Positions 11,204 through 21,743 of a stretch of DNA of 64,000 nt are shown in pieces. The notes below the pieces were generated by a model. That model was given only the letters and a program-made list of their open reading frames with translations, had not been told where the DNA came from and made no database searches. Each line of letters opens with the position of its first letter. The first letter of the stretch is position 1. Made by a program: the position numbers and the translations under genes. The stretch is from Tubulanus polymorphus (lineage: Eukaryota > Animalia > Nemertea): contig NC_134035.1 of NCBI RefSeq assembly GCF_964204645.1, positions 13,886,686 through 13,950,685 on the forward strand. The letters are read 5' to 3'.

Positions 11204-13106
11204 TTAATTTCCCTTCTTCGGTTTTGGATCTGGTGGTGTCTTATTCTTGCAGTCACAATTATCAACTGAAAATGAAGGAAGATATCTCGCATAAACAAAG
11301 ATACTAAAACATAAAATGTGCTAGAATTAAGAAAATGAATATTCTTGACTAGGTTATAGATAAGTTCCGATATGAAATGGAATCGTACTTACCATCATAA
11401 GATAAAAACCCACTATCTACAGATTAAAAGAATTTAAAAACCAGGGGCCGGTTGCTCAAAGGTTGGTTAGAGTTAACCAGTGGATAGTTGATATGGTGAC
11501 AATTGAAATTTCATTGTTACTATGGTATTTAACGGCCGGTTATCTTTAACCAACTTTTGAGCAACTGGCCCCTGAATTTATTTATTCAATCTAAAATATA
11601 TAAAAGACACAACGTTTCGATCTCACCCTAGAGATCATCGTCAAGTGTGTGAGATCATCGTCAATCTCACACCTGACAATGATCTCTAGGGTGAGATCGA
11701 AACGTCATGTATTCTATATATTTTAGATTGAATAAATAAATTCTTGTTTTTAAATTCTTTTATTCTGTAAATAGTCGGTTTTTATCGTATTATCGGTTCA
11801 CCACGTTTCAGTTTGCAGGTTATTGTTCTAATACTTACCATCATTTCTCTTCTGGAACGGCCAAGGAGCAGCTTTGAATTCTTCCTCGTCAACAAATGAG
11901 TCCTCTGAATTAAACGATTTAAAAAACTCTTTTGAGTTCAATCATAATCGTCATGAAATGATTCATTCAGGCTGTAGGCCTTTACCTACACACAGCCGAA
12001 TAGTTTAGAAAATGTAAATAATGAAATTATGACAGCATTTTACGTTTAGATTTTTTTAAAGTAACGAGACGAGTAGTACTATATAGGTTAACTATTTATT
12101 TGACGCACGAACTTTCGCTTCTAATGAATAGAAGCTTCATCAGGTGAATGAGTGTAGTCAATAGAAAAACAACAGTATTTATAGGCAGACTGACACTAAT
12201 TACGGAGAACTGAGTGAGAAGAGTAATTAATTACATATAAATGATGAGTGACATTTTTTTGAGAGTGAGATTCATTTTTCAAATGGATCGCTCGCTCGCT
12301 GGTGAATTCTTTTTTAAAAAAGTGAGAACGTCCTCTCGGGTTTTGAATATAACTGACCGTTTTTATCGGCTTTGCGCATCAGGAATTTAGCGTCGTCGTC
12401 GTCCAATTCCATGGCAGCAGAGAATTCATCTAACGATATCTTTCCATCTTCGTTTACATCGAAGAAATCGAAATTGTTCGGAATCGTTATTTCGCGTTTA
12501 GCGTCCGTCGCATTTGCTGCCTCTGCCTACAAAACGACGTTTAATGTCGAAATATCGACGCTGCCGAAAATTCTTTTAACCCTTTCAGTGCGTCTACACC
12601 GCAGTGCGGTGTATAAATCAGTGATAGATTTTGCTAGTACACCGCACTGCGGTGTATTGATGTAATTAGTAATTATCTCTATTGAAAGATGGCAGCACCT
12701 GTCAAACACTGTGAAATACTAGTAACTAACGATACATCGCGCCGCGGTGTAGAAGCACTATAGTGGAATTCCCATTATTCAACACGCTAGGGTGGAATTT
12801 TTCAAATTATCTCCAGCACTATAGGGTATTAATTAGCACTGAAAGGGTTAATGCGTTTAGAAATATATACGTACAAGATCACATCGGGCCTCGTATAAAA
12901 ACAAAACTTACCGCGGCGTTTGATGAAACGTCGCGTTTTCTGCGGTTCGAGCATCTGATGTTGCAAACTATAGCGCATCGATAGCTAAATCCAACTCTTA
13001 AACAGACTAATCTACAATAACGCCGACAACTGAATATTGCTTCTCCCTGCTGAACGTAACACACAGTCACCAAACAAACCAGTGCCAATACCACAATATA
13101 ACGCAT
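11204..13106 (-). CDS. Secreted precursor: signal peptide + 6-Cys cationic peptide + RRKR + two EF-hands (mytimycin-like architecture); exons 13106-12912, 12526-12358, 11904-11839, 11265-11204; 163 aa
   Basis: MRYIVVLALVCLVTVCYVQQGEA|IFSCRRYCRLVCLRVGFSYRCAIVCNIRCSN|RRKR...FDVNEDGKISLDEF...ADKNEDSFVDEEEF...VDNCDCKNKTPPDPKPKKGN*; all junctions GT-AG and in phase. Confidence 0.85.
11399..11831. mobile_element. Penelope-like inverted pLTR remnant with two degenerate minimal hammerhead motifs, flanked by a 13-bp TSD
   Basis: Long inverted repeat 11401-11655 / 11664-11787. Motif ACAC-(C/T)TGAC(A/G)A-T-GATCTC-TAGGGT-GAGATC-GAAACGT on both strands, followed by AATAAA. TACTTACCATCAT at 11386-11398 and 11832-11844. 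Confidence 0.7.
11442..11574. mobile_element. MITE nested in the Penelope-like remnant
   Basis: TIRs CAGGGGCCGGTTGCTCAAAGGTTGGTTA ... TAACCAACTTTTGAGCAACTGGCCCCTG; interrupts one arm of the larger palindrome. Confidence 0.8.
12103..12149 (-). ncRNA. Minimal type I hammerhead ribozyme-like motif (Penelope-type)
   Basis: Minus strand CAC-CTGATGA-A-GCTTCTA-TTCAT-TAGAAGC-GAAA-GT-TC-GTG, with TATAAATA ~35 nt upstream and AATAAA downstream. Confidence 0.6.
12580..12847. mobile_element. piggyBac-type MITE
   Basis: TTAA|CCCTTTCAGTGC ... GCACTGAAAGGG|TTAA: perfect TIRs with TTAA TSD. Confidence 0.9.
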
Positions 13107-13283
13107 CTTCGGCTAGAAAAAGAGCTAACAAATTAGGCCTATATGATGGAAAGAATTTGGCAGCTGTGTCTCTACTTGAAAGTTGTAACAAACCTTTACT
13201 GTTCTGTCGTATCTGTAGAATATTCCAGTAACCTATTCTTCAGAAAATTGTCTCTTTTATGAGAGAAATTCGAATTAGCGCGA

Positions 13284-13328
13284 CTTTTATAAGGTTTCAT
13301 CGCGGTAGCGGGTTTTTCCTGGTTTTCC
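13284..13328 (-). promoter_or_regulatory. TATA box and Rel/NF-kappaB-type site upstream of the peptide gene
   Basis: TATAAAAG on the minus strand at 13291-13284; GGGTTTTTCC at 13310-13319, plus an adjacent partial site tggttttcc. Confidence 0.5.
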
Positions 13329-13880
13329 TGATTAGAAATTTTTATTCACAAGAATGCACGGGTACTTGAGAAGCTATTCAAAGTTTGATGTGAAGTACTT
13401 TCTCCCCACTAGTGAAACACTTCTAAAAAAAAAAATCTTTAAAAAGTGACAGACTTTAGAAGGAAAAATGAAATTATCAAGTTATTTGGAATCATGGTAA
13501 TCTTTGCGCAGATTGCACAGGTAGACCTAATAGATTAGGCAGTATCATTTATGTTAACGAAAGATTAGGCAGTATAGCTTTGTTAAGGAAACAACCAGTA
13601 AGAAAAATACAAAGATCAATTGTAGAGATGAATTTAGGCGAACTAATGAATGTAATTTATATCTAGAGTTATATGAATCAAGAATTTGAAATGAAATCTC
13701 CAAGATCACTGAAATGATGTGAACTCTGAATGATCGCCACATTTTATTAGTTTCATTTTCTTAGCCAGACAAAACAGATAGGATAGGAACTTGCTAATAC
13801 TATTTCAAATGTCCTCCGCAAATTTCCCTAGAGCTCTTTCAGATCTCGGGATAAACACGCTGATCTCGGTAATTGGAAGG

Positions 13881-14307
13881 ACCCAGCGTAATCCCCCGCC
13901 GGCCCTGGCCTGGTGCGTGTGGTATAGTGGTTGTGTGTCCTCGGCCTCACTGTCTACAGCGCCTAAGACCCAGGCGTAATCCCCCGCCGGCCCTGGCCTG
14001 GTGCGTGTGGTATAGTGGTTGTGTGTCCTCGGCCTCACTGTCTACAGCGCCTAAGACCCAGGCGTTATCCCCCACCGGCTCTGGCCTGGTGCGTGTGGTA
14101 TAGTGGTGGTGTGTCCTCGGCCTCACTGTCTACAGCGCCTAAGACCCAGGCGTAAACCTCCACCGGCCCTGGCCTGGTGCGTGTGGTATAGTGGTGGTGT
14201 GTCCTCGGCCTCACTGTCTACAGCGCCTAAGACCCAGGCGTAAACCTCCACCGGCCCTGGCCTGGTGCGTGTGTGTGGTATGCGTCCTCGGCCTCACTGT
14301 CTACAGC
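13881..14307. repeat. 88-bp GC-rich tandem repeat (~4.7 copies) upstream of TK2/dNK
   Basis: Unit ...cgtaatcccccgccggccctggcctggtgcgtgtggtatagtggttgtgtgtcctcggcctcactgtctacagcgcctaagacccagg. Confidence 0.9.
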
Positions 14308-14348
14308 GACCAACCAAATCTCCCATTCAGCGCATCCTCATCTTTAAC

Positions 14349-15266
14349 ATGGACAGTTTTTGGTCATATTCAGCCTTTACCCTTGTAAGTTTTTGTCAAG
14401 ACCTCAAACTGAGCCGAATTTGGCTGAAATCGCGAAAGATCCAGAAAAAGATATTCAATTTTTTTCCGAGTTGTGAAGATTATGAAGTTAATCGGTGTAA
14501 ATGTAATATTTGAATTATTTTTTGCATTCACTAGGTGGCGCTGATTGACGGTATGTTTGGTTCGTGTAGTTTAAACGATGAATCATCGTGTAACGATTTT
14601 GCGGTGATTCCCGATTCCGTAAAAACGGATAAATTCACAGTGGTCGTCGAGGGTAACATCGGCAGCGGTAAATCGACGTTCCTGCAACATTTCTCGAGTT
14701 CTCCGCACGTCGAGATCTTCCAGGAACCGGTCGCTATGTGGAAGAGTGTACGCGGTAACAATACCCTCGAGTTAATGTATAAAGATGCCAAAAGGTGGAG
14801 CCTCGCGTTTCAATCGTACGTTCAATTAACGATGACGGAGATTCATTGTAAGGTAACCGAGCGACCGGTTAAACTGATGGAACGTTCTATTTATAGCGCG
14901 AGGGCGTGTTTCGTAGAGAATCTACACCGAGCCGATTTAATGCCCGATTTCGATTTCGCCGTTTTAAACGAATGGTACGATTGGATCGTGAAAAAAAAGG
15001 CCAATAAAATCGATTTGATCGTTTATTTACGCGTCGATCCGGAAATCTGTCGGCAACGTTTGATTAAACGGAATCGCGCTGAAGAATCGGAGATTCCTTT
15101 ATCGTATTTGAATTGTTTACACGAACTACACGAGGATTGGTTAATGAAAGGGAATCAGTTCCCGATACCGGCGCCCGTTCTTGTGTTAGACTGTAATAAA
15201 GATATCTCGTTATTGAGAGACGAGTTCAATTCTCATAAAACTGAAATTTTATGTGGATTTGTTTAA
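14349..15266 (+). CDS. TK2: Deoxynucleoside kinase (TK2 / insect dNK family); probable exons 14349-14384 and 14535-15266
   Basis: VVVEGNIGSGKSTF P-loop, EPVAMW, FQSYVQLTM, LMERSIYSAR, DLIVYLR, RNRAEE, LHELHEDWL motifs. Confidence 0.9.
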
Positions 15267-15314
15267 AATTCAGTCATTTCTACGATTGTCACAGATCTAC
15301 AGTAGATTCCAGAC

Positions 15315-15926
15315 TTGGATCAACTCCAGTCAGTTCGGACTTGGATCCACTCCAGCTGGGCTGGACTAGGATTGACTCCAGCCAGTCCGGACTTGGATCC
15401 ACTCCAGCCGGTCCGGACTTGGATCCACTCCAGTCAGTTCGGACTTGGATCCACTCCAGCTGGGCTGGACTCAGATCCACTCCAGCCGGTTCGGACTTGG
15501 ATCCACTCCAGCCGGTCCGGACTTGGATCCACTCCAGTCAGTTCGGACTCGGATCCACTCCAGCCGGGCTGGACTCGGATCCACTCCAGCCAGTCCGGAC
15601 TTGGATCCACTCCAGCCGGTTCGGACTTGCATCCACTCCAGCCGGTCCGGACTTGGATCCACTCCAGCCGGTCCGGACTTGGATCCACTCCAGCCAGTCC
15701 GGACTTGGATCCACTCCAGCTGGGCTGGACTCAGATCCACTCCAGCCAGTCCGGACTTGGATCCACTCCAGATGGGCTGGACTCGGATCCACTCCAGCCA
15801 GTCCGGACTTGGATCCACTCCAGCTGGGCTGGACTCAGATCCACTCCAGCCGGTTCGGACTTGGATCCACTCCAGCCAGTTCGGACTCTGATCCACTCCT
15901 GCTGGGCTGGACTCTGATCCACTCCA
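15315..15926. repeat. 26-bp minisatellite (GGATCCACTCCAGCCAGTCCGGACTT) in the TK2 3' region
   Basis: ~23 tandem copies, preceded by TA+CAGTAGATTCC (mariner-like end). Confidence 0.95.
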
Positions 15927-16142
15927 GGGCAGGGGAGGTTGCATGTAAATTCTATGCTGAAAATGGATTACTTTTTTACTACAAACTGTGTATAAATAAA
16001 TGAATGAATATGTAAAATATTTAGTTTTAGTAACATATATTATCAGTTTTATACAATTTTATTTACAAAATAATGATTTTAAACAAATTATTGACAAAAT
16101 TTATGAAATCATCTCTTTAAGTTTTTCTGTGCTTTAGAGTTT

Positions 16143-16765
16143 CAACTCGGGGTAGAATTTTACCAGTCTCAACTTTACCGCAGTAAGAGACAGAGTCTAC
16201 TGTATTTCACAAACTCTTACTCAGTATTTGACACCAACTCGGGGTAGAATTTTACCGGTCTCAACTTTACCGCAGTAAGAGACAGAGTCTACTGTATTTC
16301 ACAAACTCTTACTCAGTATTTGACACCAACTCGGGGTAGAATTTTACCGGTCTCAACTTTACCGCAGTAAGAGACAGAGTCTACTGTATTTCACAAACTC
16401 TTACTCAGTATTTGACACCAACTCGGGGTAGAATTTTACCGGTCTCAACTTTACCGCAGCAAGAGAGAGAGTCTACTGTATTTCACAAACTCTTACTCAG
16501 TATTTGACACCAACTCGGGGTAGAATTTTACCGGTCTCAACTTTACCGCATTAAGAGACAGAGTCTACTGTATTTCACAAACTCTTACTCAGTATTTGAC
16601 ACCAACTCGGGGTAGAATTTTACCGGTCTCAACTTAACCGCAGCAAGAGAGAGAGTCTACTGTATTTCACAAACTCTTACTCAGTATTTGACACCAACTC
16701 GAGGTAGAATTTTACCGGTCTCAACTTTACCGCAGTTAGAGACAGAGTCTACTGTATTTCACAAA
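16143..16765. repeat. 92-bp tandem repeat (~6.7 copies) between convergent TK2 and syntaxin
   Basis: Each unit contains 'agagtctactgta', resembling a Tc1/mariner terminus plus TA. Confidence 0.95.
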
Positions 16766-16923
16766 TTGTAACTCAACTGACTTAGAAGATACATTTTATC
16801 AGTATTAATATATATAAATAAATCTGGAATGATGATATTAATTTTCATGACAGAAAAATTGAAAATGCCACCACATGAAAAACACACGTATAGCCAGCTC
16901 TCTTGATTAATTTAAGTACAATA

Positions 16924-19900
16924 TTATTTCTTCTTTTTCACTTCAACCACTACTATTGTTATCACTATGGCAGCAATAATTGCAACAATAGCCACAAATA
17001 TGCATAATTTCTTGCGATACTTTTTCTGAAAGGACAAAATGTGAAAACCATTTTAAAAATCACAAATTAAGTTCAATTTTTGAGGAGATAGCAAAACGGT
17101 GACTAGTTCGCCATCTATCAGTAAGAAATAACACTATGATAATGACCTGATATTCCGATGCTTGATGTAGCTGTTTTCCACCTTCGTGGACGTCATCCGC
17201 AGCCCGAGTTACATTCGCTTCTATCGATTCTAAATTTAGAAAATACATATAAACACGATACATATCTCACAATGTGTCCAATAGATGGCGTATTGTTTTA
17301 CCTATAGTGTCTCCTTGTTCGTAAACTAAATTTGCTAAATCTTTGAAAACCTCGTTTATATCAAGAATATCTCCCTGAAATATAAACAAATAAACAATGA
17401 AGTTGGGACTGTGATAATTATGTTGTTCACTTATCCAAATGACACTTGTAAAATGAATTAAAAACATAAATATTGAAATACAAATTGAGACTCAAAAATA
17501 GAGATGACTTCAGTAATGTGACGACTTGTCCAAATGATGACTTACACTTAGTGAATTGATTTAGAAATACAAATTGAGACTAAAAAATAGAGATGACTTC
17601 AGTAATGTGACGACTTATCCAAATGATGACTTACACTTAGTGAATTGATTTAGAAATACAAATTGAGACTAAAAAATAGAGATGACTTCAGTAATGTGAC
17701 GACTTGTCCAAATGATGAATTACACTTAGTAAATTGATTTAGAAGTACAAATTGAGACTCAAAAATAGAGATGACTTCAGTAATGTGACGACTTTATACT
17801 TTTAGCACAGTAGAGACAGTCTGGCTTCATTAACTGACCTCTAATTGTTTAATTTGTTGTTCTCATTAACTGACCTCTAATTGTTTAATTTGTTGTTCTC
17901 GTTCTTGAGCTAATTCTACATCCATCGCTATTTGATCGTTTTCTGCTTGTATCTGCGCCTGACGTTTCTCTTCTTGTTCGAAGAAATTTTGGCGATCGTT
18001 GTCTTCATCCTGTCATCAAATAAATCAATTTCTTCATCTCAAATATTTCTTACGTAACCGATAGAATTAGAAGGGACGAGGAGAGTAATACACGCCACCT
18101 ATATTTCAATCACTGAGATCTAGGTCAAAATCTAAATGTAACACTATTTAAAAACCTAAGTCCGTCAACCTCTGCAAAATGCTATCAGTAACATCTTTCA
18201 TATTTCTGTTCAAATTAATCAGTAATCAACAGTAAGACCCTCAGTAACATCTTTCATATTTCTGTTCAAATTAATCAGTAATCAACAGTAAGACCCTCAG
18301 TAACATCTTTCATATTTCTGTTCAAATTAATCAGTAATCAACAGTAAGACCCTCAGTAACATCTTTCATATTTCTGTTCAAATTAATCAGTAATCAACAG
18401 TAAGACCCTCAGTAACATCTTTCATATTTCTGTTCAAATTAATCAGTAATCAACAGTAAGACCCTCAGTAACATATTTCATATTTCTGTTCAAATTAATC
18501 AGTAATCAACAGTAAGACCCTCAGTAACATATTTCATATTTCTGTTCAAATTAATCAGTAATCAACAGTAAGACCCTCAGTAACATATTTCATATTTCTG
18601 TTCAAATTAATCAGTAATCAACAGTAAGACCCTCAGTGACATCTTTCATATTTCTGTTTAAATTAATCAGTAATCAACAGTAAGACCCTCAGTAACATCT
18701 TTCATATTTCTGTTCAAATTAATCAGTTATCAACAGTAAGACCCTCAGTAACATATTTCATATTTCTGTTCAAATTAATCAGTTATCAACAGTAAGACCC
18801 TCAGTAACATATTTCATATTTCTGTTCAAATTAATCAGTAATCAACAGTAAGACCCTCAGTGACATCTTTCATATTTCTGTTTAAATTAATCAGTAATCA
18901 ACAGTAAGACCCTCAGTAACATCTTTCATATTTCTGTTCAAATTAATCAGTAATCAACAGTAAGACCCTCAGTAACATCTTTCATATTTCTGTATGCATC
19001 AAACAAATCAAATCAGTATTTATCGCGATAGAATAGTAACAAATACTGAAATCAGGAACAGTCGGCAGCTCTGTAAACCCTCAAACTGTCAATGTTCTGA
19101 AATTGAAACCGGTGTGTAGAGTGTAGAAGATGGATACTTACGTTCCAACCGACAGGTGAATCTATTGCTATTAATTGCCCGGATTCTGACTGTTTTTTCA
19201 CTAATGGTTTACAGGATCTAATTCTTTCAGCAACATTCTATAAAATAGAATATAATTCAACCTGTAAATATAAGCTCAGTTTGATGGGGATGAAATAATA
19301 CAAGTGTTTAAATTATACTGCTAGGAACTGTTGGACCATGAGGAACTGAGTGTAGGACCATCAGGAACTGAGTGTTGGACCATGAGGAACTGTTGGACCA
19401 TGAGGAACTGTTGGACCACGAGGAACTGTTGGACCACGAGGAAGTGTTGGACCACGAGGAAGTGTTGGACCATGTGGAACTGTTGGACCACGAGGAACTG
19501 TTGGACCACGAGGAACTGTTGGACCACGAGGAAGTGTTGGACCATGAGGAACTGAGTGCATTGGACCATGAGGAACTGTGCATTGGACCAAGAGGAACTT
19601 TGTCCTGGACCAGGAGATGGTTCCACTGTTCTTAATTAAAACTTAACAAAGACAAGAGGTTTAAAAACCTCGCTCAAACCAGAGAACTGAAACTGTATAT
19701 AGTTTAACGAGGTGTAACTTTGACCGGGATGATTTTTACCTTTTGAATTCTGTTGTATCTTTCAACAGTTTCTCTAAATTGACTGTTCAATCGCGTTAGA
19801 TTCATTTTCTGTTGCTGTTTGAACAAACAAGAAAACATCAAACGAACGAACGAATATTATTTCATTCCAAATAAAGTGTAAAAACTCACTGAACCAAGTG

Positions 19901-21401
19901 AAGGTTTTTCTAGTATTTTACTTACACTTGTAGCACCTGGAATTTTCTGTGAAGCTTTCAGAGTTGACAGCGTTTCTGCTATAATTCTGTTCGTTCTCTG
20001 TTGCTGTTCATGACTTTGAAACGAAAAAGATATTCAACATAAACCGAACTGAAGAGATGTAAAACTAAGTTGAGTTTGATCAGTTAGAATTAGTTAGTTC
20101 GAAATGCTGGATCCAGAATTGTTGAACTGAGTCCAGAATTGTGGAACTGAGGACAGAACTGTGGAACTGGGTCCTGAACTGTGTACAGAACTGTAGAACT
20201 GAGTGTGGAACTGTGGAACTGTTACTTACAGTTTTTCTCGATGTTGAGGAGTGTCATTTTTACTTCCTATTTGTGACAACAATCGCTCCAGTGACGTCGC
20301 TTAAATAGACAATTAATGATAACACTGTCATTAACATGCGAGAAAGATTGAGGGGGGTGAGTATTGTTACTGGAGGGAGAGGGGTCAGTATTGAGACTGG
20401 AGGGAGGGGGTCAGTATTGTGACTGGAGGGAGAGGGGTCAGTATTGAGACTGGAGGAAGGGGGTCAGTATTGTGACTGGAGGGAGGGGGTCAGTATTGTG
20501 ACTGGAGGGGGGCACAAGAGGGTAACTGAAAGACAGGGGTCAGGAGTGTAACTGAAGAAGGGGGTTCGGGACTGACTTGAAGGGAGAGGGGGGTCAGGAG
20601 GAGGGAGTCAGGACTGACTTGAAGGGAGAGGGGGCCTAGAAGGAGGGAGTCTCTGAAGAGGGGGGACTCAGGACTGTCTGAAGGGGAGAGGAGGGGGGGT
20701 TATACTTACTGTTAGTATTAATCTGGAATATATTACTGCTCAGTTGGTCGTGTAATCTCTCATAGTTACCAATTCCTAGAGGTAAATAAAAAACAATCTT
20801 AGTATTCTCCGGGGCCAAGTAACCCTAACCCTGGGGGCGACCTACCCTAACCCTGGGGGCGACCTACCCTAACCCTGGCGGCGACCTACCCTAACCCTGG
20901 CGGCGACCTACCCTAACCCTGGGGACCTAGTGACCCTATAACCCCGGGCCTACAGGTATCATTCCTAGCTGTAACCCATACATCGTCTCTGGTTGGTTCT
21001 ACAGTCATCGACTCACATCAGGCTGAGCATAAACAGAGCACCAGCACCAGATATACTGAGAGTTTGTACATGTAGTTTTTCCACTATTATTTAGTTCAAC
21101 AAGTCTCAACTCTAAAACCACCAGCCTTGAGTCATAGTCAAACTCACAGCAGTTACAATAAATAAAGAGGAGCTTGTTTTTAAATTAAACTGAAACAGCA
21201 GCACAGATTGATGAGAGTGAGGAGACAAAGTAACAAACTGAAGAAACTCGGGAACTGACTGGATTGATGCTGATATCCACCAGCAGCAGCAGCAGCAGCA
21301 GCCCGGTTTGAACCAGGGTCATCTCTATATACAATCGATGGATCATCTCTGTATTCTTTAACCGTCCCGTATCCACCGGCTCCTCCTCGGGATGACGACA
21401 T
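16924..21401 (-). CDS. STX7/STX12: Syntaxin-7/12 family Qa-SNARE, multi-exon
   Basis: [30 protein letters not shown] (Habc); [61 protein letters not shown] (SNARE); [28 protein letters not shown]-terminal TM. Confidence 0.92.
17475..17793. repeat. 89-bp intronic tandem repeat (~3.6 copies)
   Basis: 'gaaatacaaattgagact' at 17475, 17564, 17653, with a variant copy at ~17742. Confidence 0.9.
17827..17900. repeat. 35-bp duplication spanning a syntaxin exon end and donor
   Basis: Minus strand GAGAACAACAAATTAAACAATTAGAG|GTCAGTTAAT present twice in tandem. Confidence 0.9.
18184..18992. repeat. 56-bp intronic minisatellite (~14 copies)
   Basis: tcagtaacatctttcatatttctgttcaaattaatcagtaatcaacagtaagaccc repeated. 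Confidence 0.95.
19322..19612. repeat. 18-bp intronic minisatellite (GGAACTGTTGGACCAYGA)
   Basis: Direct tandem copies. Confidence 0.9.
20820..20945. repeat. 22-bp repeat containing CCCTAACCCT (telomere-like core)
   Basis: 'cgacctaccctaaccctgg(g/c)gg' x4-5. Confidence 0.85.
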
Positions 21402-21743
21402 CTTCAGACTCTAGACAAACTACTCTATAAATCACAATCACTGATCACTGACATCCGCCATATTGAACTGTCACATGACTCGCATTTCCCGTGCACCGGC
21501 GATCATCTCGACCGTCAAGTGCTGCCCCTAAAAATAACGTAGACGGTGAAAGGGTGAACTAACTTGCGCCGATGTCCGAACTGGAATCGTCCGTTAGAAA
21601 CCGGAAATGATTTCCCGTGTAAAATGGCGGCGCCGTTTTTTGACTTTTCTGAAACTTGAGAGAAAAAAAAACCTGAAAATTAACTCAAAAAAAGTGAACA
21701 GACCCGTGAGGAGTGAGGGATCACAGTGAGGGGATCAGTGAGG
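21402..21743. promoter_or_regulatory. Compact bidirectional promoter, syntaxin / PKMYT1
   Basis: Head-to-head ATGs ~340 bp apart; GTCACATGAC (21470-21479), CCGGAAAT (21601), YY1-type AAAATGGCGGC (21621) and CCGCCATATT (~21455). Confidence 0.6.

Noticed and set aside
14535-15266. Viral or horizontally acquired thymidine kinase / thymidylate synthase module
   Set aside because: TYMS is intron-rich, the kinase has metazoan TK2/dNK motifs and a probable upstream exon, and no viral genes are nearby.
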